NCBI RefSeq assembly: GCF_032062105.1
Contig: NW_026933409.1
Location: forward strand, 434,001-498,000
DNA: 64,000 bases
Direction of reading: 5' to 3'
Source: Saccostrea cucullata
Lineage: Eukaryota
The notes under the pieces are model-generated. The model searched no databases. It was given only the letters and a program-made list of their open reading frames with translations, and was not told the DNA's origin. Shown piece after piece: positions 51,121 through 63,532 of this stretch. Position 1 is the first letter of the stretch. Each line of letters opens with the position of its first letter. The translations under genes were made by a program, and so were the position numbers.

Positions 51121-52423
51121 CTCCCAAACTCTTTTTTCCTGCTTTAAGAAAATACTCGCTGCAGGATTGAAGATGAAATGTAATATAGAATTGACGATCT
51201 TGGTACATATGATCGAGCGTCCATTAAGTTGAATTTTCCTTTGTTCTGGGGGCACTGACAGACTCTGGGGTTAATTTGGTGCTCCTCCCAGAAGCTGTGT
51301 CCTGACTTCTAATGGTCTGCCGCGGTGTCAGATCGAGAGAACAGCTGGCCTGTAAACTTCATAAACCATTACACTATATATGTTCGATGAGCTAGAAAAT
51401 CATGGATTGTACATGTGTTCCATTTATTTATTGATAATAGTATAGTTGATTTCTTTTCTAATTGAATTTCAAATTGTTGTGTTTTCAATATGTTCAGTTT
51501 CCGAATTTGTATTGGTCACTTTAGTGTACAGAGTTCCGTTTTATGGATATTTTTACCGTAACGGAAACTGTTGATGGGTTCTATATGCAGAATAAAATAT
51601 TCCTTTTAGTAGGGCAGAATAAATTGGACACTTATTGGTAATTATTGCTGTCTTTTCTTGCCGGTGGCTCGGAAAAAACGGGACACGTGATCGTCAGGTA
51701 TACTGCCAGACGCGACAACGTTCACGTCTTATTGGCCGTGTTTTTGAATTTCAATCGATGAATGTATTCTTAAGCACAAATTGATTTTATAAAATAAATA
51801 ATAATGATATTTTCAATATTTATATATGGTGTACATAGTGGTAAAAATTCACCATGAGAGAGATCAATATTTTGGGGGTTCTGACGGATTTTATATCACA
51901 ATAGATTTGTCTGGTTCCTAAAGTTGAAATATACATGTATATGTTTTTAAAAAGATTTTATTTAACAGCATTATGCAAATATTTTGCAATGAAGACCATT
52001 TTTAGCTTTGTCTTGCTAAAATACAGGGGTACTTAGCAAAGTAAAACGAGTTTTTAACGCGTGAATGTAAAATTGTTTGAAGTGCACTTTATTCTGCTAA
52101 AGGGTTTCATTTTTCATCATGAAAATAAGAAAAAAGCATAGAGAATAAGAATTAGGTCATATAAAGGAAATAAATATTTTTATATTATCAGACAAATAAA
52201 TGGTTTCTTAATCACTTTACTATTGTCAGCAAGAGCAATAAAAAGTTTGAGAGAAAGCCTTTGCATTTTAAATATTTTGTATGTGTATGTATTGTATGGC
52301 TAGGGGGCAAGGGCGCTTTTCGCCGATTTAACAAACTAAGAAATAATTTCTGTTTTCAGAGCCACGGAGGAGAGCTCCACTCCCGACACGTCCGCGCCTG
52401 ACCCCCCTCGGCTACCCGGCGTG

Positions 52424-55400
52424 ATGAGTCTCGCGTGCCTGGTCTTCCTTAGGCGCCGCCTATATCTGCTGCCTCTAATCACCGCACTCTGGATCATCAT
52501 GGCTTTCTTCATATCGTAAGGCAGATGTTAACAAAGTTCAATTGTTTAATTCAAGTATTTTACAACCTAAACGTGCTTCTGCCAAATTACTCTTATATAA
52601 ACCATCAAGGAGAAGCTGACATTTTGAATTTTATTGATATCTTCAGTTAACCCTGACAATAGCATCTTGTTGTTTGAAATTCTCTGTTAAAGTTTAGGAG
52701 GAATTTTACTCCAAATATTGCACATGAGTAGATTGATACACGACCAGAGTATTTTATTACATCTTTGGTATCTTTTATAATTTAAAGGTACGGCATCTCC
52801 ATTAAGAGCGGCTCTGTGAAACCAAATGATTTCCCCTACATCAGGTAGGAACCTTAACAAACGATGCAAGAGGGAATAAATAAATCTGAGATAGTTATCA
52901 TATTTTTTCCTCCAAGCACTGTGTAGTATTTGTGTATTTGTTAGATATGATTATGAGTAAAGTTATGGTTTGAGAAAAATCAAATAAATTAGGTTAGTCA
53001 ATCAAACTTGAAGTTGAATTTCTTGAATCTGTACTTTCTGAACCTGTACACTAAGTTCGGTCGTTCATGTTTTAACACAGAACCAACAAGTTAATGATGC
53101 ATCGAATTACCACCTTCCGATTGTGTAGGTTAATTAAATGTGAAAATGTAGGTGTCTTAGTATCAATCAAACAATTCTAAATTAAAACACATGGTTCTTG
53201 CTTTATTCTTTAATTAATCCCTAGGTGACGACTGGACAAGGTTCATTTCGTGTGTAGAAATATCTGACTTTACCTTTTTTTTTTTTTAAAGCTTGTTTTG
53301 TCCTGTAAATAAGTGAATTTTAACATAATAACCAGCAAATTGATTTTCAACAACATTTCAATTAACCATAACATATTTTTCAGTCAGAACCCCAAACTGT
53401 GCATACATTTCTACATGTAGTTAAAATTTCTGAAGTAACAATAGAAAAGAGAAATGCATGAGGTTTCAGAATATTTTTAAATAGAATTTTGTTTAAATTA
53501 TAGGAAATTTCACTTCGTTCTCAAACATTTTAAAAAATATATAATAAAATTACATGTATTATATTTTTTTTTAAACCAAAATTGTGTTAGGGATATAAAT
53601 AATTAAATCTAAGCCTTGTATGTATAACATGTATAAATGTATGGGAAAGAAATTGGATTTTTGGTTGTATTTGTTTTTTTCTAATTATTTAAGTTGTGGT
53701 CTGAAACATTTAAATAACAAGTTTTGTTTTTATACCAAAAAAAAAAAAAAGATTTTGAAATGATCATATTTTTTTCCCTCTTACTTTGTTGCACCCCTGA
53801 TATTTGATATGCTTTTACTGAACAAACAATATCTCATTCAAAGTTTTTGTAGCTTATCACAGTTTCATTGGGGGGGGGGGGATAAATTATGGTTAAATTT
53901 TTTTTCTTGAAAAGGATATTATAATAGACTATTTTCTTATGTAATATATAATAAGATTTTTTACTTAGTAATAAAAACTGTTCTTGAATTTACTGTAAAA
54001 CATCTGTAATTTAATGATATAAATTATATTTTCAATTACAAATAGAATCAATTTTTTTCTGCGATTTCTATCACAGAGAGATGAAGTTAATCAAAAATTT
54101 TGAAGCAATTTTGTTTTTCCAGTTGTAACGACTTTATGTATAATATAAAAAATAGGGGAAAGTGTTGATATTTCGGACACTTCAGAATGCTTTTTCGGAT
54201 ATACTTGGCATTTACGTAATGGATATATGCCGAATACTGTTCTATATGTAAAATTATCAGACTGTTTGAGGCCCGTTAGGGCCGAAAACTGTCTGATAAT
54301 TTTACATATAGAATAGTATGAGGCATATATCTTACTTAAAACATTGCCATTTAAATGTCCAAAAGTTACCTGGAGGAGTCCGATAATAACACAATGGGAG
54401 TTTAGGCATCAATTGTTTTTTACCCGTCTAATAAGTAGACAAAAGAAAAGAGACAGTAAAAACAGTGGGTGAACTCTTGTTTCATTCCATTCATTCAATG
54501 GCAGTCGTTTAGATAAGCAAGACAGGGGTCCGGTGGGGAAGGATTTCCTTTTTATTTTGGAACATTTTTATTATTTTGTGCATTAAATTGACCTGATACA
54601 GATTTTTTTTTGGTGGAATTATTACCGTCACCATGGAAAGTAAAAATGCGGATTTTCATCCTAGAGTTTTAGTTTATATAATGGAAATTCTCAGGTTTTA
54701 CAAGTGCAGCCATTTAGAAACATCCTTATAAAATAAATAGATTTGCCGATTATTTCTCAGAAATGGATTTAAATTCGCTTATTCAAAGTGCTGTATCAAA
54801 AACACTTTAAGATGGGAAGTATTAATTTTGAGGATGGTTTAAACTCGATTTTTTCATGGATTTGCTACTTTGTAGCAACTAAATTTCCTTGCGATTGCTT
54901 TCCCTGATTTTTTTCCTTTTTTTTTGGTGGGGGTGGGGATGGGGGTTAGGAGGGTGGACATATTTAGTTTATTCCACTCTTCTTTTGGTTTTTAAATACC
55001 GTCCGATTTTGTTATCATTGCCATCCGATAATATATTATCAGACTGGTAATTATTATTATCGGACGGCTACAGGTAAATTTTTAGACCGCAAGAACAAAG
55101 GCATGACGTCACAGCAATGTTTTAACGCTAAATATAGGCATGCTATACACCGTTCGATGCAGAAAAGGTTCCGCTACTTATTTTCGTGGTACATCAGCTC
55201 TTTTCTTGAGATAATATCATTAGTAAACGCATTTAAACAGTACCAGGTAGGAGGTTGTAACTTCGGACAGTGGTGTTGTAACTTCAGACACACGGTGTTA
55301 CAAAGTCGGACAGTGGGTAAAAGAGGTATTACTTGCTGCTGTGTCACACAGATTACACGATGGTCGTGCTAATTACAGCAGGGAACTTTGACTAGCTTTT

Positions 55401-56326
55401 GTCGGGATGTATGAAATAAAATATAAACACTTTTCAGTAGAAAATATTGTATTTGCCGCAAAAATTATAAGTAGCATGAACAATATGTAGGATAAATATG
55501 TGTAGCAAACACATATATGATATGCAGATATATAATAAAATTATTTCATTTATTACTTTCTTCACATTTGTNNNNNNNNNNNNNNNNNNNNNNNNNNNNN
55601 NNNNNNNNNNNNNNNNNNNNNNNNNNNNNNNNNNNNNNNNNNNNNNNNNNNNNNNNNNNNNNNNNNNNNNNNNNNNNNNNNNNNNNNNNNNNNNNNNNNN
55701 NNNNNTATCGTAGTCTGGTAAAAAAAAAATTCTAAGGTTTTAAAATAAAAAAAAGACATTTAAATGAATGATATAAATCATGCTTCAGATGCTAAGTATG
55801 TATATTCTCAATGTCAGATATTGCTTGATATTGGGGAATAAAAAATGATAATAAAGTGTTTGAAAAGAAAAAAACCCATCTGAATATCTTTTGCCAGGTA
55901 GACTAGCCCTACCAAGTACATGTGTATATAACATCTACAGAACCTTGTGGTTAGGTAAATTTATACATGTATAACCATGGGTCAAAGTACGTTTTCAATT
56001 TATATTTAATTCCAAACGACTTTTTTTCAAATTTAATTTGGGGGTGGGGGGCATTTTTATTTTTGTGGAACTGTAATACATAAAAAAAAATGTATAGTGT
56101 CTGAGAAACCCATTGCAAATGAACATCTAAATGACGTTACGTTGCATGTTTGTTTATTTTTTTAAAACAATAAATTGAATGGCATAATTAAAGAGGATAC
56201 TTTCATTTATTTATTTTTTTGTTTATATTAAATGATGTGAACTTTGTAAGTAGAAGGCTTTAAAAATATTAAGCACTGAACACCTGTACAGGTATGTTAC
56301 ACTGGCAGATTTAGAGTCGATCTTCC

Positions 56327-56357
<31 letters not shown>

Positions 56358-59300
56358 ATAATCATCCCCCCCCCCACTTTAAAAAAAATGAAAAAATAAC
56401 ACAATCATTTTAAAAGTTCGTTTTGAATATTTTTAAATAAAAAAAAAACCCAAGCTATGGTCAGTAATGCAAGTTTATCAAAATATATAAAAGGCCTAAT
56501 GCCAGTAATGGGTCAAATTTTAGTCATGTTTTCCGTCTCTCAGCGAGGTGTTGTAATTCCGGACACCTCAATTTCGGTTAATTATTTTCTTCAATATTTC
56601 ATAAAGAATTATCTTGTAAATGGAAATAATTATTTAAATGGAATTTATTCACATTTATAATTTATATAAATAATTTTTAGCAGAAAACCAATTATCTCAA
56701 CCGTGCACCATTTTGCCTGTCAAACTGAAAGTAGACGGATAGTAGCGTCATCCACAGCAATGTCGGTGAAGGTCATTTATTTATGGCAACAAGTCGGACC
56801 TGAGTTGACAACACGCAAAGATTTTTTTTATAAACCATTTTGTAAATGTATTATCTACAGAAGTAAGTTTTAATATCATAATAAATAACAAAAGAGAAAA
56901 AGTTGTAAAGCTCTTTATTGACTGTCCGAAATAACACCCCCGTCCGAAATATTAACACTTACTGGCGAAAAGACATAAAATTATCTAAAAATTAGGCTTG
57001 AAATCTTGAATTGTTCAATATTCGTGACACAAACTTAGTAGAAAATAAGAATATAATATTTTCCTAAATGTTGCAGCATTTTCACAATCTCGAATAAAGT
57101 CTGTATTTGGTAATTCTGTGGTCGTAATATTGACCTTGTTAACAAATATAACCTGTCCTTGGGTCGTAATTTGGCTGACTTGTTTCATACCAATTGTAAT
57201 GCCTTTGTTCTTTTAAAAAAACTGAATTTGACTACTGAATTGTTCATTCTACTTATGATCAATACATAAGACACACGGCAGGTGAGACCGGTCAACCGGT
57301 CAACAGGTGATACTCACTTGATTCCACCTCTGGAATATTCAGGGTCCATATGCTATGCCCTTTTTCAATATTTGTATTGTGTGTAGGTATGTTGAGATCG
57401 ATCCCTGTGTTATCTTAAATGTCTGTTACTTTATCATTATATTTCCAGCTATACTGCAATAGAGGCACCTGAACGATGTGTTTTCGGACAACTCATCAAC
57501 ATAGGCGCCGTTCTATGTAAGTAACAACGTACAATTCTACAGGTCAGGGAGATTTAGGAATTTCAAAATATCTCTTAAGATGCAAAACTTGATATTATTT
57601 TCAGTTATTAATGTGATTTATTTGATAACCTTTAAGGTTATCCCCGAGAAACTGCAGGCAAGTGTATTTCAAAATCTGCAGAATTCAAAACATCAGCTCC
57701 AGTTAATAAATTAATGTAGCCATAATTATGAAGAAGCAAAACAAAGCATGAGGAAAAAGACTGTGTTCAAAATTATTGAGGTAGATTTAGAAAGGGTTGA
57801 AAAAGATTACAGTGTTGTCAATGAGGAATTCCATTATCCATTCAATATCAACCCACTTTCGTAAAAATTCAAAGTGAATTTTGTGGAATCAATAATCCAC
57901 TGGATAACAAATCAAAAGATAAGACATTTTCCAAGTTGCATTTTCATTAAAGTGACAGTTGTTACTGATATCAAAAAAGCACATTTCTTTAATCAATGGT
58001 GAAGAATTGTTGTACGAGGGTTGTTCGAAAAGTTCATGTCCTTTGGTAGAAATAAATATTCTAACAATAAATTCTATTGATTTGATTTTAAAAAATTAAA
58101 AGTATCAGGATTTATTTAAAATTTATCCAGAATTAAAAAAAAATGTATTAAGTGTCAGTCATACGTATTGACGTACCCCGTCTCCTATGCCGTCTCCCTT
58201 CAATTTCAACATCATCATGGCCATTGCCGTATGGAAAAAAATATTAGAATGTATTTCAAAGCTTCGTCCAGCCTAAAATTCACATTGTTGCGCAAACATA
58301 AAAGTCATTTTATGTGTAATCACTGTGGTTTAATAAAATCATACCATGCTGTTTTTGAATGAATTGTTAAATCTTGTCCCATTATATTTCCCGATTAATT
58401 TTATTAAACAAACTTAATGACTGTTTTTCTCTCTGAATGATGGACATCTGTTACAGTGGGTATGAATGTGTGGGTGAGGTACCTCTTCGTGAAGGAAATC
58501 TTTCTGAAAAGGAAGGTCCAGGATGCTGCAAGATGGCAGAAAGTGAACATCGCTGGAATCATCCTAGGATTTCTGTCTGCCTTGGGAATCAGCATGGTTG
58601 CCAACTTCCAGGTAATTTGGATTTTTTAAGGATCCTAAGTAATTTACTTTTTTTTTACGTTTTTTATGTGAAATAACTCGTAGATTTTTTGTTTTAATAC
58701 AGACTGTTGTTCAAAGAGGACCACACTACGTGGGGGCTGGCCTCGCCTTTGGCCTCGGTCTAGCCTACTGTTGGTTGCAAACTCGATTGTCGTGGAAGCT
58801 ACGCAGTGAAAAGTACGGGAACCGAACTGTAGCGATGTATCAGCTAGTCAACAGCATAGCACTCTCCGTGTTCTTACTTTTATGTATCCTTATACTTGGC
58901 TTTAAGATAACTTGGTCAGTCCTTTATCCTACTTTTTGATTGTTTCATGTTACGTGAAAGTCTTACGATAAGTTTAGATCAGTTTAGAATAACATTTCAT
59001 ACAGTGTCAAAAATATCTAAATCATCAATACACAAATAGTGGTGAGAAATTTTTATTAAAAAATCGCCAGTTATACAGTATATATATTTCCTCATGGAAG
59101 CTGGTAGATATCTATTCTTGATCATTTTATAAAGAAAACGATTATGTCATCAATAAAGATATTCCGAGTCTTAATTTGACCCATCAATTATAGATGTCAA
59201 CATGTATGCCAAATGATTTGTAAGATCGACCCAATTAAGTCACAAGTAGATACCGATATCCTTAACATGTCAACAGTTTCTATTACAAAAATAATCTACA

Positions 59301-60969
59301 AGGTCAACGAAGCCAAAGACTTACAGAAAGGACTGGTGGACACAAAATTTGTAAGTTATATATTAATCAACATAGAACATACAATATCTGTGAAAGGGAG
59401 ATATAATGCGAAATCTGAACTGAGCTTGAGCCAATCTTGATTAATTGATTGAATGTTGTCCTTTTGGGAATTTTCCACCCATGAACAGTAAAATGAGGAA
59501 TATCTCTTTATTGTAAAAAATTGCAAAAACTGTTTATGTGACTAATGAATTGATTTGAAACAACTTCTATTCTGTCAGAATGCTCTGTGATACTTTATCA
59601 ATTTAACATTTCTACTAAGAATCGTAAAACTTGTAGAACGTAAACAAGTTAATTGGTTTGACTTGACTTCTATCTCATGTTATTTTATAAATTTCATCTT
59701 GGTCTTTCAAATCAAAACATCTTTTTTTCAAAAATTAATCTCTAGAAAATTGCTTGAATTCTTGGTCTTCTCTTCTCAAAGACTTGAATTTAGTATTTAA
59801 TCAAGTATTTATCAATATCAAGATGATTAGACCACAGAAATGGTAAGATACCCTGACATGTGCTGAACAAAACATACAAAGGCTTCTATAATAGAAAACA
59901 ATGTCGAGAAAGATCATATATACATTACAGATATGCTAGTAAGATTACATAATTACACTGAATCAAGATCTCTTCATTTCATACAGACATCTCTACGAGG
60001 AGTGTATCTAGCGTCGACGATCTCAGAATGGCTAGTGGCGACATCTGTCCTCACGTTCGCCCTCACCTTTATGTGGGACTTCCGGGCCCTCGTCATGGAA
60101 ACGCCTCGTGTCAACGTCAATTTCAACATGATTGAGGTTTGTTGGTTAATATTCAATTTGACATACACACTATGTGCAAAAGAAATATGAATTTATCATG
60201 TATGATATGGTTGAAATTATTTGTAGTAGTAAAGTTTCTTTTATACATAAATGATCTTTATTTAGTATTGAATACATACATGCTATCATTTAAGACAGAC
60301 AGACTGTATATTTTGGACCTTCTCCTTACAATAGTATTAATAATCAGTTAATAGAAAAAATGGGCAGACCTACATATTCCCAAAGGCCACTGTAAATATT
60401 CAATTAAGGTACACAGTTTTACCTTGGAACTTACAGGACTTCTTATATTTAACTGCAAAGGGAATTCAAAAATCAGAAAGACATAACTTAAAGGAATAAT
60501 TAAATCTGCAATTTACATGCAAGGTTCAACAACGAAACGATAATGCAACTGAATTTAAAATAAGTTCAACTTCTTTAAAATGAATTATTTTCCATTTAAG
60601 AAAATCTTTGGCAATTGAATAGTTTGAATGGAAATATGTTGGGAAAAAAATGAAAATGGAATTGTCAAATTTCCATAAAACGACAGATTTCCAAACCATT
60701 TTACCATTCATCTTGAAAAATCCAAGTTTGAATTTTGTAGTGAACATCTCTTATCTGCACATTTGCTTTATACTAACATTGATGCAATCATTACCTTTTC
60801 ATGAACTAGCGAATCTACTTTTGTCACACTGTTTTTTTGACGTAATAGTGCTTGTTAAAAGTTTGTATATTTCATATTTAAATAGGTAGAAGTTAAAGTT
60901 ACTGCAGATAAAGAAAAGGAAAGTAGTGATGATACAAACATGAATAACATCAGTGTTAAAGTAGTGTGA
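52424..60969 (+). CDS. DRAM/TMEM150 family membrane protein, paralogue 2, 286 aa (321 aa if the upstream exon 48648-48688 is used)
   Basis: Exons 52424-52515, 52788-52844, 57449-57516, 58457-58611, 58703-58883, 59277-59350, 59987-60136, 60886-60969 total 861 nt with the same phases as paralogue 1. Translation: MSLACLVFLRRRLYLLPLITALWIIMAFFIS-YGISIKSGSVKPNDFPYIS-YTAIEAPERCVFGQLINIGAVL-LGMNVWVRY...ISMVANFQ-TVVQRGPHYVGAGLAFG...ASTISEWLVATSVLTFALTFMWDFR. The last exon is the least certain; read-through to a stop at 60190 is an alternative. Confidence 0.9.
54212..55125 (+). mobile_element. non-autonomous terminal-hairpin element (Crypton-like or unclassified)
   Basis: 110-nt near-perfect hairpin at 54222-54331. 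TTAAAACATTGC (54336-54347) is perfectly inverted to terminal GCAATGTTTTAA (55114-55125). Homologous fragments at 63533-63660 and 63925-64000. Confidence 0.8.
56325..56357 (+). repeat. (CT)n microsatellite
   Basis: Direct reading. Confidence 0.9.
57255..57420 (+). mobile_element. solo 3' end of Penelope-like element
   Basis: ACACACGGCAGGTGAGACCGGTCAAC...TGATTCCACCTCTGG...GGGTCC. Confidence 0.65.
58884..59276 (+). other. U12-type GT-AG intron, paralogue 2 intron 5
   Basis: 5' site GTATCCTTA. Consensus branch site TCCTTAAC at 59259-59266, AG at 59275-59276. Same position and phase (1) as in paralogue 1. Confidence 0.92.
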
Positions 60970-61273
60970 TCATATCAAGCCTCTCAGAATGCAGGGGACA
61001 ATATTCACAGCATTATGCCAAACCTGTTCTGAGGACACAGTCCAAAAACATGGATATTTCACATAAAACTCAGCATAACTTACCCTTAAGGGAAGCTCAA
61101 GAATGTGGAATCTCTCGAAGAAGAAAAACATTGAGGAAAGTGTTGAGAAACATTCACTTCAATATATAAAACCAGGGTACTGGAGGAGACAAATTATTCA
61201 AAGAAAAATAAAGTGAGACAGACAGCAGAGCAAAAGATAATGGAAAATAATTGCAGTAGAACTCTCATCAATG

Positions 61274-61275
<2 letters not shown>

Positions 61276-61307
<32 letters not shown>

Positions 61308-61318
61308 TGAGAGAGGGG
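61276..61318 (+). repeat. (GA)n microsatellite
   Basis: Direct reading. Confidence 0.9.
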
Positions 61319-63157
61319 AATTACTTTTGTAAATTAAATGTTTGTGACAGCATAAGTGCTTATCCACCATTTTCATTTATTACACAGAATTAAAAGTTTA
61401 TATATAAATGCATGGTAAATTATACTGTATACCATAAGCTTTAATTTTCAAAGTGAAACATAAATTCCTGTTTTCCATTTTCCAGAGCACTATTGTTACT
61501 TCAAAACATATGCATCCTACCTGTTACATTTAGTTTGTTTATATTATGTGAAAGATCAAAGTTAATGAAAATATTCAAATGATCTGAAGTTTTATTTGTT
61601 TTTATTTTTTATTCACATTAAGATTAGGAGAAACATTTTTATTAGTTTTATTTCCTACCCATCCAAATTAAATCATTTGCTATCCTTTTTAAAAATTTAT
61701 TTTTAAATTTTGTTTCAAATGATTATTGTCTCGTCAGTCTAAATATTGACACTTTGAAGATGACTTATTAAGGGGAAAACATTCTTCTCTTTTTTATCCA
61801 TGGATCAAAAAGAGATTTGGTGAAAAATATAACCAGACATTCAACATCAGATATCGATGTTGGCTATTCCAAATTTCATTTAATTTTCGGAATATTTGTA
61901 TTATTGGATTGAACAGCAGACATAAGTGCCTATGATCGTTATCTCCTTATCTAAATATTTAATTAAATTGAAAAGATTTCAACAAAGGATAAACGTGAGT
62001 TTAGAAGTGAAAAAATAAATAACTAACATTTAAAAATAAATGTAATAAATTTAATCTTCTAAAGAAACAACAGCCTTATTATCTATTAATGGCTTTCGGT
62101 CTAATAAAAAAATCTGATACGTAAAAAGTGTTTCACTCTCTCATCTAATGGTCAAAATGTTTTGTTTTTGAATCATTTTGTATCATCTTATGACTACTTC
62201 AACATCTGGAAAAAATAAAAATGACATTAAATATACAACATATGAAATACATAAAAACATCTAGATTACTTTGAAATATTTATTTCATTTGATAGTATTA
62301 TTTGATAAACCTTGCGTTATAAAACCCTTTTATGATTTTAGGAAATTTTACTTTTTTTTTTTTTTTATTATTTTACAACTTTTACTCTTTTGAACTTGAA
62401 TTTGGCATCAAATGATTGGCAGCATTAACGTTTAAATCTCAATATCAAGCTGACCATGTATCTAAAACAAAACGGCCAAATTCAATTTACTTGAAACCAT
62501 CACTTACTGATACTCTCTTCTAGAATCTGTGAAAAAATCATTAATTTTTTAATACAATTAAAAAAAAATCCCTTCATTTTTTTTTTAAAATATTCAGATA
62601 GCTGAAAGCAGTCTTATAGTATATAAATACAACGTTTGGGCAATATACTAAGAGACATAAACACTTTATTTCTACTGATTTTTTGCTAAAAACTTTCTTT
62701 TTTAGTATCTATTCTTCAAAAAGCCAGCAAGATTGTAGTTTGTTTGGAAAATCAAATAGTATTTTAAAAAATTCATACAAAAAAAACCCAAACTTTTGTA
62801 CACAACTGTTAGTTCAATTTTATATCAAAATTTCTTAGAATTATCGTTAATTTATTAATACATACTAATATTAATTGCTTGGCCATTGTTTTACACTTAT
62901 TACGGATTTTTCCGTTTAAACTGTCAATACAGGGAGATGACGGTGAGTGTGAACAATTGAGAGGAGCTGCCTAGTCCTTCAGCTACTTGATGTTTCTAGG
63001 TCAATAAGGAGTCCGCGATTTTGCCCTTTTCGCGATTTCTATTTGTTTAAAGGATTTAAGAGGTCGGTATCAACCTTTTCATTAGAGCTATGCTAAATCT
63101 TCATTTAAGTCAATAAACGTCATTTCATTTTTTTTATCGGCTGGCCATTTTGATAAT

Positions 63158-63497
63158 ATATATGGAGATAACGAACAATAATTGAGCTAAAAAGTCCATT
63201 TAACAATACAAATTATGGAGCAGAGTAAACACGGATCTCTAAAACATCATATTCATGTGGGATCAGGGGCCATGGAGGAGTGAACATCCCTGCCGATCAC
63301 ACCGCCTTGTGCTCCTTGTTTATGGAAAATAACGGAAAAATCCATCGACAATTCAGACAGAAAAAAATAAGTTTGAAAACGTTAGTGAGCATTTGATGAC
63401 TTAATAATAAACTGTATGTGCTAAAAGGTTATCGTATCGACCAAAGAACTTACGAAATGATGACTTTAAACGAAACTGTTGATATTTTTGTTTCATT
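63158..63497 (-). mobile_element. 3' end of Penelope-like (Naiad-type) element
   Basis: Collinear with 2140-2490 (ATATGGAGATAACGAACA ... GAACTTACGAAATGATGACTTTAAA). Confidence 0.85.
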
Positions 63498-63532
63498 TTG
63501 AGAAGAATTATCAATGATTATTATTTTTAATT

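Larger units (their letters stand above)
54155..56962. mobile_element. old non-autonomous TIR DNA transposon (possibly Tc1/mariner-pogo group) hosting a nested element
   Basis: AAGTGTTGATATTTCGGAC (54160-54178) is inverted to GTCCGAAATATTAACACTT (56942-56960), 18/19 match. Internal TTCGGACA subrepeats at 55260-55315 and 56557. Confidence 0.55.

Noticed and set aside
55103-55372. ORF containing FSWYISS as DRAM exon 2
   Set aside because: No splice donor; the true exon 2 (FPYIS) is at 52788-52844.
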